A DNA stretch of 64,000 nucleotides from Heterodontus francisci (Eukaryota). A program made the translations under genes and the position numbers. The notes below the pieces were generated by a model. It did not search any database and was not told the DNA's origin. It saw only the letters and a list, made by a program, of their open reading frames with translations. The DNA lies in NCBI RefSeq assembly GCF_036365525.1, contig NC_090401.1, positions 31,207,036 to 31,271,035 of the forward strand. The letters run 5' to 3'. This document shows, piece by piece, positions 63,606-64,000 of the stretch. The number at the start of each line of letters is the position of its first letter. Within the stretch, counting starts at the first letter, position 1.

Positions 63606-64000
63606 GTGACTCAAATAGTCTTTGACAGTAATGGCCTGCCCTGGATTTTGGCTGGAAATCAGCTCGCAGCAGGTGGTATAACTTTGTTCACAGCCTCCAT
63701 GGTGAATCTCAGCCCACACACATGCTGTTTCTCAGCTGAGTCAAGATATGTTCACCTTTGCCTAAATATGAAGGTTGGTAAAGTAATGGGCAGTTACAGT
63801 TCTCCTCTTGTGTAATTTAAAAATCTCAGGCGCCTCTATTATTCCTCAGCTTCCTCTAAATAGTATAAATTGAGAGGGATAGAAATAGGAATACCTGTTA
63901 ACCCAATTAGTAGATCTGTCGTATAAAATGGGTTAGCAAACATCATTGCCATTTACAATGTGAGAAAAAACCTCAGTTGAATTTGTAAGCAAGAATTTGT

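Overview
This is AT-rich, repeat-dense vertebrate genomic DNA, almost certainly from a cartilaginous fish (HE1-type V-SINE, shark-type CR1/L2, Penelope-end and Harbinger MITE families). The host content is a tandem, minus-strand cluster of three ISG12/FAM14 (IFI6/IFI27) interferon-stimulated genes, assembled by hand from GT-AG exons. Gene C (CDS 53909 to 41622, 135 aa) aligns colinearly with mammalian IFI6. Gene B (CDS 20965 to 12791, 94 aa) is a short IFI27-like protein. Gene A (CDS 3242 to <1, running off the window) has an IFI27-like core behind a signal-peptide exon and two micro-exons. TATA and ISRE/GAS-like motifs lie upstream of A and C. A frameshifted SEC61G processed pseudogene sits exactly at the putative exon-1 splice donor of gene B, and its 18-bp target-site duplication copies that donor. 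The rest is transposon debris: a Harbinger element (Myb/SANT plus DDE transposase), two Gypsy proviruses, solo LTRs, CR1/L2/RTE LINEs, SINEs, MITEs and Penelope ends carrying minimal hammerhead motifs. Exon models and family assignments come from reading the sequence and recalled protein sequences only. No transcript or database evidence was available.
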